Shown one piece after another: positions 28,977 to 41,971 of a DNA stretch of 64,000 nucleotides. Each line of letters starts with the position of its first letter. The first letter of the stretch is position 1. Source of the DNA: the human T2T-CHM13v2.0 reference genome, Homo sapiens; NCBI RefSeq assembly GCF_009914755.1, contig NC_060928.1. One strand, given 5' to 3'. Made by a program: the position numbers and the translations under genes. Under the pieces are notes generated by a model. That model saw only the letters and a program-made list of their open reading frames with translations, did no database searches and was not told where the DNA came from.

Positions 28977-29730
28977 GTAAGTAACCGTGCTTCTGTTGGG
29001 TGCTGAAGGGTGGAAGCCCTGACTTTGTTCATTTTAAAGTTTCCATGAGCAGTGACCTGTGGGTGCTGAAGCCATTAGATCTAGGAGCCCTTGTTTTCTT
29101 ATCAGAAGGGCCACCAAAGGGAGAAGGGTCCTTAAAACAGAGCCTTCCTTGAATACTGTCTGTGTTTCTAGTATGGAAGGGGTAGCTGGATGCTATGTCA
29201 AATCTGATCGAAGTTCAATTCCTGGGCAGTTTTGGATTCTGCAACGGAAATTTGTTACTGTCCCACCCAAGATGTTTCCCCACTAGTTATGCAAACTTTA
29301 GAGATGTGAGAATGCATGCTGATGGACAGACTCTTGAAACTGTCTGTAGAATGATATTTTACTTACATGAATTTCTGAGAGCATTATGCTAGCATTCTGC
29401 TCTGTTTTGCTCCATAGCATCCTGCAGAGTTGAGACTTGATGGTTGACATTTGATTTTATCTTCTCAGTTTGGTTTAGTGCCAGGCATGTGCAGATCAGC
29501 TCAAGTATATTAGGACAAATAATATTAATACAAATAAAGTACCTTGAACCTGTGAGGGCTTGTCTGGCTGTGTTGACCAAGGCTGTGGAGTAAAGGCAGG
29601 ATGGTGGTGATGTGGAACCCAAAAGGGCATCACGTTTCAAACAAGTGCTCAGAGAAGAGAAAACTCCAATAATAATTACAAGGCAATACTTGATTAGTCA
29701 ATCAAATTTTATCTAAAAATACATTTATAA

Positions 29731-30075
<345 letters not shown>

Positions 30076-31104
30076 TGAAGCCAAAGTTGCTTAAAATAAA
30101 TTATAGATAATGGTGTCATCTGACCCTAGCTGGGCATTCTGGGGACTTTAAATGGACTGGAAAGTGTTCCTCAGATTACGTGGCTTTTTATAGTTACTGC
30201 TGGATTCACATGAAATGATTGTGAACTTATTAAGTATTAAGAGAGGCTGGGAGACATTTGGTATGCCAAAATTTGGGGGTGATCTGAAGACTTTGAAAAT
30301 CTGAGACTCCAAGTATGGAAACACATTCTCCAGATGAGATTTTTCCTGCCAGTGTTTTCATCTGTGCATATTTTTTATGCTGAGGATTGTGGATTTAAAT
30401 CCTACATTACTAGGTATGCTTGTCACCTTTACTCTTCCTTTTCCACAATAAAAATTCTGTTTCACCGTAGTACTACAAGCAACAATAACAGTAGTTACCT
30501 AGGCACGCAGAATCTATAATCCTGGTTACACTCGAGGTGGAATTTAGCATGTGTGTATGTTTTAGTGAAAACCAGATCTCTAATTATGCCTTTCAGTAAG
30601 TGAATATCACAGGCAGTGGAGTGCAGTTTAAGCAGTCATCTTTCTTCTGTAGCAGTTCTGCAGAAAACTGACATTATGAGCCACGGTACAGCCAACACTC
30701 AATTCACAACACGTCCATGCCTGAAACAAGAAGGGCTTGATATTTTTGGTCATAAATCAAATGAGGAGTGAATTCCCCAGCTTCCTATTCATACGCATTT
30801 TAAAATGTCATGAAAAGCACTCCAACCTTGAGAGGCCAAAAAGGGGGTTGGGGGGAGTAGTTGAAGCAAGCCTGGAAAGGAGATTTTTTTTTTTTTTTTA
30901 ATGGAGACTTTCTTCTATTTCAGAAACTTGATTTATTTTTTTCTGTGCCATGGATGGAATACATCTATGTTTCTCTGAAGTATATACTAAAATGTTTCTT
31001 ATGTATCTTTTAAAGGATTTACTGATGAGTGTGTATCAGTCCAGATTTGTCATTATGTTAGGAAGTTTGTATATAGATGAGTGCCTCTTGGACTTGAGTA
31101 TGCA

Positions 31105-31250
31105 CCAGAACCTCCTGTAGGTCTCACTGAGACCCACACTGCTGGCCCCACCCTGGAGCTGAGGATTCTGTAGGTCCGAGAAGGGTCCTGAGAGCTTGCC
31201 ATTCTAAGGAGTTCCCAGGTGACGATGAATGAGCCTTGATATGGAAGACC
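31105..31250. mobile_element. MER5A-like hAT-Charlie remnant
   Basis: tgctggccccaccc...gattctgtaggtc...gagttcccaggtga motifs. Confidence 0.6.
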
Positions 31251-31719
31251 ATCCCCTGCTCCTTGCCTGCCTCCAGGGCTGTGCTGAGTATAAGCTGCTT
31301 CTCTGAGGAGCGTAATTAGGATAAGTGATTGCTCCACCTCTTTTGTGTAAAACACACTCTTCTAGGGTCGTGCGTTGCTGTCCTCCCAGTAGCCGGTGTG
31401 TGCTTCCCACATGGTCTGGTTCTCTTTGCCTCAAATATCTGTCCTGCTTTTTTGCTCAAGCCAATCCTGACCTATCTTAACGGTCTAATTTAATCTTCAC
31501 CTCCGGGAAGTCTTCCCCATGCTGTAATCTACAGGGAGCCTCTAAAGAGATTCCTTGTCCGTATTTCTGCTGATACTTATTATTTGGCGCTAAGAAATTC
31601 AAGTTGCCTTTGAGTGTTCTTTAATATTTGCCTTTTAGTATTATTTGATATTTATATGGAATAAATGTTTCTACCTATCTAGCTAATCTTTCCCTTACCC
31701 CAAGCTAGATCATAAAATT

Positions 31720-32091
31720 GTTTTTTTTGTTTGTTTGTTTGTTTGTTTTTTTTGGGTGGGGGGGCGGGGGGCGGGGGGCGGGGGGTGGTGGTGGCGGTGG
31801 GAGGGTGGGGAAGACTGAGTCTCACTCTGTCACCCAGGCTGGAGTGTGGTGGCATGATCTCGGCTCACTGCAACCTCCGCTTCCTGGGTTCAAGTGATTC
31901 TGGTGCCTCAACCTCCCCAGTAGCTGGGATTACAGGCACGTGCCACCGCACTGGCTACTTTTCATATTTTTGGTAGAGATGGGGTTTCCTCATGTTGGTG
32001 AGGCTGGTTTCAAACTCCTGACCTCAAGTGATCCGCCTGCCTTGGCTTCCCAAAATGCTGGGATTACAGGCGTGAGCTACCGTGCCCTGCC
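31720..32091 (-). mobile_element. AluS element with a G-rich tract embedded in its tail
   Basis: Reverse Alu body 31811-32091; T-rich tail 31720-31753; near-TSD cataa(aa/cc)ttgtt. Confidence 0.92.
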
Positions 32092-32257
32092 ATAACCTTG
32101 TTAATGATAGGAATTAGATCTTATATTCTTTGAACTTTTTTGTGATATTGATGTAATTATTAGTGAACATTTAATTTCTTATTTTAATGATGTATTTATA
32201 GAAATGCTGCCTTTTGGAAATCTCATTTCTTTCTCTGTGTTACTGAATGTCTCTTAG

Positions 32258-32597
<340 letters not shown>

Positions 32598-35500
32598 GAT
32601 TCATCTTCTTTCTTATAAAGATTACAAACTCTTCCTCTAGGAATTCCACACAATTAATCTTACCATTTGCTCCTTACTGTGTTTTGTTTCCTTAGCATTT
32701 ATAAGTTCTCATTGTATGTTCTCTTCTTGTCTTTTCCCCCTTTATCTCTGCATACCAGCTATACAGTATTAAATATCATAGGTTCTAAGTAAATGCTCAT
32801 TAAGATTCCTTTTAACCAAAGTTGCTATGGAGTCATTGAAACTCTACTCTGGGCTCTTAATAGGAGGCAATGCCTTTACTGTGGTCTCAGGTCCTAAGGA
32901 ATGGAGTCCAAATGTATGTGGATCACATAGGACCCCAGTAGATCTGTTGAACAAAAATGCTAAAATCTTGTCCACTGGGAAGCAGTTTGCAGAGGAAAAC
33001 TTACAGCAGCCGTGGTTCTGACATAGGTGGTGTAGCTGTTGCCTCTGATAGGTAGAAAACAATGCAGCAGAATTGGATTCCTTGGATTTCTGCTGATGTT
33101 CATGACTTGTGGGTGTTATTCATTGCAGTCAATCAATCTGTAGCTCTTACTTACCTGTACCCTCAGTAAGGCGATGGGTGACTTCATTGCCAGTGAAGAA
33201 TTGCTAGCTCAGTCTCCTTGGAGGACATTGCATCATAGGTCAAGGTATTTCGAATGTTCCAAAGTCATTTTTTCCCCACAATAAGGTAGTTTTCGCTAAA
33301 CAGGTTTTCTTCTATTGTAATTGATGGAGCCGGGTCCTTGACAAGTAATCCTTTTAGATTCTCTGCCACAAAAGAAAATCTCTTTTAAGAAATATCGGGC
33401 ATTGCTATCTGCTTCCTCTACAGATTTCAAATGAAAAGGAACACCTCCTTTTCTGCTGGCACATTCTCAAATTCAAGATGGCATGGTCTCAGAATAGCTC
33501 ACTCTAGCTGGGGGTGCCGGCACCCTGAGATGCATCTCACTGTGTGCCCTGGCAGGCCAGGAGGGCAGTAGATTCCCCTCTCCCACCCACTGAGAGGCTT
33601 GGCTTTGTTTATCCTGAATGTTGATATCTCTAAAGCATCTATCCCAGCTAGTGCCTCAAGCTGTCGTTGTGCCACTGAGATTTGTGCCTACTCAGACTTG
33701 ATGTCAGTTATTTAAAATCACTAGATAACACCTTCCTATTCCCATATACAGCCTTGTGCATGTCATCATATACTTTGTGTGCACTCACTGGTAACCATTT
33801 TTATTCTCGTCAATGCAATCACTTGTTTCCTTTAAATTGGGCAAATGAATGGGGGGTTTCTCAGAGACAGCTGCTTGGCATTTCAAATTACTTGACTGTT
33901 GGTTCCATGATTGCTTTTCAGGAAGTCAATAAATTTTGCTGGGAGATACCAGAGTACCCCGCTCCCCCAAATATGATTTGTGGCTTAGTACACCACAGTA
34001 AACCGTGAATGATTTGCCTAAAGTTCAGAAAAATAATCATTTTAGATCATTTTTAATAGATTTCTGTGAAGTCTGGTGCCTACTGAGAAATTACAGGGTG
34101 GGAGTCACTGGCAAACCCTGTCTTCACTTCCTCCTTTCCTCTCTCTCTGTCTTTCCTTCTTCCCTCTCTCTCCTCCTTCAGAGAGGGCTTCCTCAACCCC
34201 AGCACTCCTTGAGGGCCAGGACACTCAGTTCACCCTAGAAGTTGGTATCTTAATCTGATTATGTAAAAAAAAAAAAAAAAAGATTTATCTTTTAAAAGTG
34301 TTTTTTTGCACATTTGCTTTTTTTTTTTTTTTTTTTTGGGCTAATTGACCAAAATGAACATATACTGCTTTTGTAATAAGAAGTGGGAAGCTCTGTAAAT
34401 TTCAGGTCAGGAGAGGGTGATAAGTAACCTAAAGGAATGAACTTCCCATTGCAAAAACTTCCTGCATCTTTCTTGGTTAGTAGGGGGATGATTTCCTAAT
34501 AAGATGAGCAGCTTTACTCTGTTTACTTGTATCTGGGCCCTGGTTACAGAATGCAGTGGGTTACACTGAGATCTCTAGGAGAGCCTAGTGCCTTCTTGTG
34601 GAAGGATGTGGTCTCTGATTCTGGGTACTGTGAAGAATGAATTGGCAGCCAGTACCTGTTACCATACCTAAGTAAACAGCAGGGTCACTTAGATAGTGGA
34701 GGTCTAAGGGAGCTCAAATCTAAGGAAGAACAGGGGCCAAATGAACAGGAGGAACATGCTGCCTTGCTGTGAGCCCACAGCAGCCTGTTAAATTCTGCAC
34801 AGAGGTTAGCTCCTTCCCCTACCTCTTGGGGGTCTGGGGATTTGAGGGAGTAGAACCTTTGGCTTTAGCAGAGGCTGGTGGTTGAGGCTGCAGAAAAAGT
34901 ATTAGATACCCTCTTGGCACTTCCAGGCTGAGAGACCATGGAGCATTTAGTATTATGGGCCACCAGACTTTGTTTCAGCTATTTTGTAGATGACGTTTCA
35001 TCTTAATGCTTGCATCAACCCAGTGCGGTAGATATATCTTCATTTTTAAAAAGATTGGAAGGCGCAAAGGACATAGGAAAATTGGCCCAAGCCACACAAG
35101 CAGTAAAGGACAGGTGAGTTTGACCCCTCATGTGTCTGCCCAGTGACTTGTTTTACTGTAGAAATTGAAATTGTGCAGTTGCATATGGGGACATTGCTTG
35201 AATTGCAGGTATTCTCCACCCTGCCCCGATTCTGAAACCCAGTGAAACAGCCATGGCTGTCAACTGGTCAGTGCCCTTGGTTTGAAGAGGGAGCACTGAC
35301 CTTACATTAAGTCATGTGGCTGTGGTTTATAATTATCTATGGGGAATAAACACTTGAATCTGGTTGCTGCGCATTTATCATCTAACACCTTGGCTGAGAT
35401 GCGGGCGGGAGGGCCTTCTCCCCCACAGCAGAGCTTGAGAGACTTGGAAATTTGATCTATGCAACCAGGCAGCATCCATAATCTTTTTATGAGTAATATG

Positions 35501-37332
35501 ATATTCGGTTGTCTCCCTTCAGCTTCAGAAACGCTCTGGAAGTGATTCTCAGGGCCTGTATACTTGGCCATCTACCATCACATTGTCTATTCACATTCAG
35601 TCTGGGGGTACAACTTTTGTCCTGTGTGTTTCCTTGAATTTCTTCTCTCCAGCTTTGTATAGAAATTATGCTATGCCGACTGCCTGGCCCCTTACATGCT
35701 TCGATACACATCCATTGTGGCTTGCTGGGGTATTTTTGGTATCTGCGTTGTGTACTTGGCACTTGCGTGTGGCCTAATTCGTGCCTTCCTTTGCTGTGCT
35801 GTAGCTGCAGGTGCTGAAATTTGGAGGTTTTATTTTTAAGTCAGAATGTTGATAGTCCATGTAACTTTAAAGCCCTACCATGAAAAGATGACTTCCCAAA
35901 ATAAAGACATGTCTGAATTTTGTAGTAGCTTTTCCACTGCTTAAGACTTAAAAACAATTAAGTCTTGCATCAGTCATTTTTGGTTTTTAGTTTAACTGGT
36001 TTTTGTTGTTAAAGATTTTCTTACTTGATGCCATTGTTGTAATTTATTATTTGCTATTCATAAATTGGCTGTGTCTCAATATCTAAATAAAGTAAGGACC
36101 TCATGGGCTCTCTCCGTAAGTTCGAGACCGTTTACATTGGTAAGTCACTGATTTCAAACAGGCCTGGCCTTGCATCCACGTTCTTTTTCTTACAACCTTG
36201 AAGATCTTTTATATAAGTGATTTAAGCAAACCAGGGATTTAAGCAAACCAAGGCTTAGCAAGATTATCTGTAAAAGGGGAATAATAACATCTGCCCCTCT
36301 GGGCCGGGGTGAGGTTTCCAGATACCACATGTAATAAAACCCAATCACTGCTCCCCTGAGAGCTCGAGGCAGCCACCTGCTGGGATTTTCCTTTCCTCTG
36401 AGAATGTAGTTTAATATTCTTAGTTTAACTTGACCCCAACTTCCTGGTTCATCAGTTACATAATCTCCTCACTGACTAGCTCAGAGAGAGAACCTTTCTA
36501 GCCTTGGAGAAGCTCTAGATGTTGACCTGAAGTTGTGTTGTTTTTAGCAGTTACTGTATTTATTCCCGGAGGACTCAGCTGGGGCTTCTCTCCTAGCCTC
36601 TTGCTTTGGGGATCTGCTTTGTCAGAGCCTCTGAGAATAGACCCTTGGCTATCACATGATCAAAGCATGGGGAACCTACTGAGACCCAACCACATTTATA
36701 ACTTATTCTGAGCCGTATACCCAGGTAGCTCACCCATTACAACAAGTAACCCATAAATCTCTTTGTAAGTGATTGGTGGATTTTTCTGAGCGGAGTATCT
36801 GTGTCCCTTTAGAGCTGTGCTTGGCCCTGTTGAAGATGTTCAGCCTTCACATTGGGTGGCAGCTGGTCGAAACATTCCTGTCAGTGACTGCAGGACAGTA
36901 ACCTTCAGACCTCGAATGCCCCCTAATTTTCTGAAATGAAGTTACAGTTCCTTTTCTGTTCAACTAGCAAGCTAAAGTTCAGCCCTCTTACCTGATTCCA
37001 CACTGATCATCTGGAAGGAAGGTAGGATTCAAGGAGAACTCTTTGAGTGGAAGAGCAGTCAGAGATGTAATTCTGCGCCTGTTCTCTTACAGCAAAACCA
37101 AGAACTTTTGCTCTAAGAGAGTGGACTTTGGGAGTGAACTTTGTCAGATGATTAGATGGTGATGTCCTTTCTTGTTAAAGGAGGAAATCCATGTAGGAGC
37201 CTCAGGATCGCACAGGCTGAGGACTGAGTGTTAAACATGGCAGGCCTTCCTTCATGGGGCTTGAGGGATTTCCTGCAGTGCCCTTCCTCCTCTCCCTGAC
37301 CGCCTACCTCCTGCAAAAGATATTTGTTCTCA

Positions 37333-37628
37333 GCTGGGCGCGGTGGCATACGCCTGTAATCCCAGCACTTTGGGAGACTGAGGCAGGCAGATCACTTGAG
37401 GTCAGGAGTTCGAGAGCAGCCTGGCCAACATGGTGAAACCCTGTCTCTACTGAAAATACAAAAATTAGCCTGGCATGGTGGTATGCACCTGTAATCCCAG
37501 CTACTCGGGAGGCGAAGCACGAGAATTGCTTGAACCTGGAAGGCGGAGGTTGCAATGAGCCAAGATTGCGCCACTGCACTCCAGCCTGAGTGACAGAGCA
37601 AGACTCCGTCTCAGGGAAGCAACAAAAT
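37333..37628 (+). mobile_element. AluS element
   Basis: Full dimer; 17-bp TSD aaagatatttgttctca. Confidence 0.95.
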
Positions 37629-37903
37629 AAAGATATTTGTTCTCAAAGGTGAACAAGTTACTGCTTTTACGTGCTGGCTTCATGTATTGGCTGGCTCCCT
37701 GCTGCTTGAGAGATGATCTTATACAGTTGAAGAAGGCCTCTGCTGCAGGAAAGCACTGGGTATGTGTGGGTCAGCCCCAGGCACGAACAGGGGAGCCCCG
37801 CACCACAAAACCAGTGAAGATGGAGGGGATTCTCCATCCGAATTGTCTTCATCTCCCCCAAACCCCACGTCCCTTCCAGGCTTCTTATCTGGTCTGTTTA
37901 ATC

Positions 37904-38101
37904 CAGGGGTGAGCAAACCGTGGCCCACTGCCACCTGTCTTTATAAAGTTTTATTGGAACACAGCTACACTTAGTTGTTTACGTTTTGTCTGTGGCTGCT
38001 TTTTCACTGACAGTGATAGCAGAATTGAGTAGTTGCAGAAGGCCTGCCAAGCTTGAAGTATTTACTCTCTGGCCCTTTACAGAATAAGTTTACTGATCTT
38101 G
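37904..38101. mobile_element. MER58A-like hAT-Charlie element
   Basis: caggggtgagcaaac..tggccc start; taaagttttattggaacacagc; ctggccctttacagaa..agttt end. Confidence 0.8.
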
Positions 38102-38379
38102 AGCTAATCAGTAATCAAAACAGGTCTGTTTGGAAGGGCCCACCTTTCTTAAAACCCAGCTTTAGGAAGTGCAGTTAACCACTGTGGTGGTAGATGGAGA
38201 GTGCCAGGTGATTTTCAGTGTAAGCTTCACACATCTCTTCTTGTCATTAAACCAACCAGACATTTTCCCTATGGGTTTTGGATGCCCTCAAATGTTTATT
38301 TATAATTTCAGAAGGCTTTTAGTGTTTCAGTGACTGAAAAACCTATGTGGGGTTGTTCTTTTTATAATGTATCATTTAA

Positions 38380-38655
38380 AATAAATTTTTATTTTGGAAT
38401 AGTTTAAGGTATGCAGAAAAGTTACAAAGATACTACAGAGCTTCCGTAGACCCTTCACTTCCCCTCTTCACTTCCCGCCCCCACCCCACCTCCGGCTCTT
38501 AGCATCTTACAGAACTGTGGTACCTTTGTTAAAAATAATGAAATTAGTGTTGATACAGTACTGTTAACTAAACCACAGACTTCATATGGACTTCACCAGT
38601 CTTTCCAATAATGTTCTTTCTCTGTTTCAAGCTCAAATCCAGGATGCCATGTTTC
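38380..38655 (-). mobile_element. Old L1M 3'-end fragment
   Basis: ttttattttggaatagttt..cagaaaagttacaaaga..tacagag pattern typical of L1MB/MC ends. Confidence 0.6.
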
Positions 38656-41613
38656 TATAAGCAACTTTAGATTTTTTAAATGATGACATCTACTTAATAT
38701 AGTCATACTTTTTTCCCTTTGCATAGCTGATTTGCTGTCTTTTGGTAAATTAAATGGTTAGTGATGATATAACCCTAGAAATCAGAGGTAAGATCTGACC
38801 TAGAAATATGTAATAGTAGTGAGGGCTTCATTTATTGACTGCTTGCTATGCTTCAGGGCTTTACGCCTATCATCTCATTTAAACCCACAGTGACCCAGCC
38901 GATGAGTCATGACTCTCTTCACGTTAGCTGAGGGAGTTTAGGTTGCTCAGCCAAGTTTCAGTTGTGGATGACACTAAGTGCAGGCTAATGATGGCAACTG
39001 TGGGCCAACCTCTGGGGGGCACTCGTAAGTCATTCGCTTCCTTCTCAGCATAGCCTCTAGCTATTGACAAAAAGAGGAACAAGCCTAGGGGAGGAAGAAA
39101 CTGCAAGCTGGCACTCAGCCAACAATGATAGTGCCAGCTCTGGCACCCAGGTCTCTCTGCAGAGTGGCAGAGTCTTAGGCATTTGTAATTTGCATGCGTA
39201 CAATCCTTCAATGGCCCCTCTTTGCCTTTAGGTTATGATTGTGCCTCCTGAATATCCCGGTACTTGCATCTCTCACCATTCTTTCCATATTCCATTCTAG
39301 TCACTGAAAAGGACTTGAGGGTCTGAGATCTGTGCTGTCTTGTCAAAACAGGGTTTACTAGAAACATGACCTTGAGTAAGTTGCTTTCACCTTTCTGAGA
39401 TGGTCTTCTCATATGTCATGTGGAATAATAGGGTGGTTGGGAATAAGTGTACTAGTGCCTGCCTGTTGCATCTAGCACAGGGCTAGATTGCACAGTTGTG
39501 CCTCACATGAGCCTGGGTGTGGGGAGGTGATGACGATGTTGACTATGGTAGCATCAGCTTCAGCATTAGCTCCGCACAGATGCTGCCTCCTCCAGGAAGC
39601 CCTCCTGGCTATCCCCATGGTTATTAGGTGCTTCCTCCACTCTTCCTCTGAGGGACCTTGGGCAGATCGCTACATGGCTCTCAGTGCCTGTATTATGGTT
39701 ATTAATTGGGCATTCTCCACTCACTTGGCTGCAGAGCAGGTGGTGTCACGGTTTCCTGGGTGTCCCCAGGGACTAGCACAAGGCCTGACAGGAAGTCCTC
39801 AGACTGTAAATGATGAGCCAGTGGGTCTACTCCGAACCTTCCTGATGGGCAGCAAAGTCCTTCTCCCCCAACGCCGTGGGTTATGGCGACTTGCATGTCA
39901 CAGGCCTTTGTTTCTCTGCACTGCTGTTGTCCCTCGGTGTGCTCGTGGGGAGCCAAACAATGTGCTTGCGTGTGGAGTTCTCCCTCTCCTGGCACTTAAG
40001 GAATAACTGGCATTTATTTGAACAGAGATTTTCCCATAATATACAGATCTACAATATTTCCTTCTGTCTTTATTAACATTTTCAAACACTCTTGCCCAGG
40101 ACAGCTGTTCTAGACTTATGCTGTATGTTTCCCAGACTGGCATGAAAGATCATTTCACTAATGTGTTAGCTTCTGCTCAGAGACCTGGCAAATGAGAGTT
40201 TAGAATCTTTCATTGCAGTGCAAACTTCTGATTTGATCTCGTATTGTATAACCGTAGTGAAATATCTTGGTATTTGGGGGATTTAGTCACTTCAAATAAG
40301 CATTCATTTCTTTTCTTAATGCGTATTCTCCTCGCTCTACCCTTTTGAATTTAGATTGCATTCAGTGCTTATACAGGCTGGAATCAGGGGCTTGTATCTC
40401 TAGTGCTGCCCAAAGCCTGACCTGTGTATATTATGCAAGAAATGTTTGTTAGATGCAGGAGTTCTCTGGTGATTGGTGCAACTGGTGTCGAGTTTTAACA
40501 GTTAAGGCCCCTACTCCCTTCCCCCTTTCTGAAATGTTTGTGATCTGTCGCTGCCAGAATGTTTTTAATATGCGTGGAGCGTAGAGTCTGGTACTGGAGG
40601 CGACTGGATCACAGTTTGAATCAGAAGCAGCATGGACTGCTGATCTGTTCCATTTTCTAAAAATACACTTTGTAAAGTAACCACATATACAGCACTGTCA
40701 TAATTTCATGTTTTGGGGTTTGGCCCCACTGCTGCACGTGAAAGCTACAAGGTCTTTCCCCGAAATTCAGGCCCATGTTTCCAAGCAAGAGTGTTGACTC
40801 TTTTTAAAGAAGAGAGTTTCCTCATCCTTTACACAAATGCATATTCTTTCCCTGCTTACTGTCTTCCCAGCTCTTCCACCCACCCCACCTAAACACAGGA
40901 AATGCCTCCGTGGCGTCAGGAACAGTCAGGTAGACTTTCAGTCTGTGCATTTTCAGGAACGTGTTTCCAAGTTAGCAATTTGAAATCTTCATGTGCTTTT
41001 AGTGAAACACTCTTGTTTCTATTTGTCCCCTTTCTTTGAGAAAGAAGGACGGTGATGTTGGCCTTCCGTGCTGAAGATAGAGAAGAATCCTGTTTTAGGA
41101 GATGCCTTTTGCAGTGTAGTGTGTTAAGTTGGGAAGATAGCGAACAGATATTAGCAGTTCTGTATATTTCTTCTGTCTTGGTAAACGTGGTTTCTGAGCT
41201 TTTTAGGAACAGTTGACTTCTTCCTCCATTTTCGCAAACTGCAACTTGGCTTTCAGGAAACTTGTGGCACTTAGGTACTTTTTTGTACTTGGTCAGTAGC
41301 TTGGCATTAAACAGAATTGGTGGTTTGTGCTCATGCCAGTCTTACTAATCAAAAATCCGTAGTTAAAGGGACAACAAGAAAAAAAGGCAATAAATAGATT
41401 TTTTAAATGTTTAAATTTGGGAAATGGTAGGAAAGGACTCTCAAAAATTTCATTATGTTCTAGCACATAATGAGCTTTTAATTATTATTTCACTAATCAC
41501 CTTTGATCTTTTTCCCAAAGATGTTCTTTGGGAAAAAGCTGGGGCTCTCCCCTGAACCACAGAGTACAAAAAAAATGATCTGGTGAGTGTTTTAGTTCTC
41601 CCAAGGATGATAC

Positions 41614-41885
41614 TGTCAAGAACTGTGAAGGGTCTGAAACCGTACCCTGCTTGCGAGCTACCAAATTAGCCTACCATCGTTTCCGGGATGCTGGCAGAAG
41701 GCGTGGGACTCGCGGTCAGAGCCAACAGCCTCTATTAATCACAGCAATGACAGTATCAGTGTTTTCTTGTGCCAGTTCCCTGAGTTCCAGTTCCTACAAG
41801 GCAATGCAGCTTGGGCCAGGTCACACCTACATGCCTCAAGAGAGAAACCTGGAGCTTAGAAAACCCAGATCTTTTATGATGGGTA
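41614..41885. mobile_element. ERVL-class LTR fragment (LTR41-like; family uncertain)
   Basis: tgtcaagaactgtgaagggtctga...ggatgctggcagaag...ggtcagag matches a recalled ERVL LTR terminus. Confidence 0.55.
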
Positions 41886-41898
41886 AAGCCCACTCTTT

Positions 41899-41971
41899 GA
41901 GAGAGAGAGAGAGAGAGAGGGGAGAGAGAGGAGAGAGAGAGGGGAGAGAGACGAGAGAGAGACGAGAGACA
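41899..41971. repeat. Imperfect (GA)n polypurine microsatellite
   Basis: GA-rich run of ~70 nt. Confidence 0.95.

Noticed and set aside
39488-40006. 172-aa ORF
   Set aside because: Non-ATG start, overlaps degenerate MIR/L2-like sequence, no protein family resemblance
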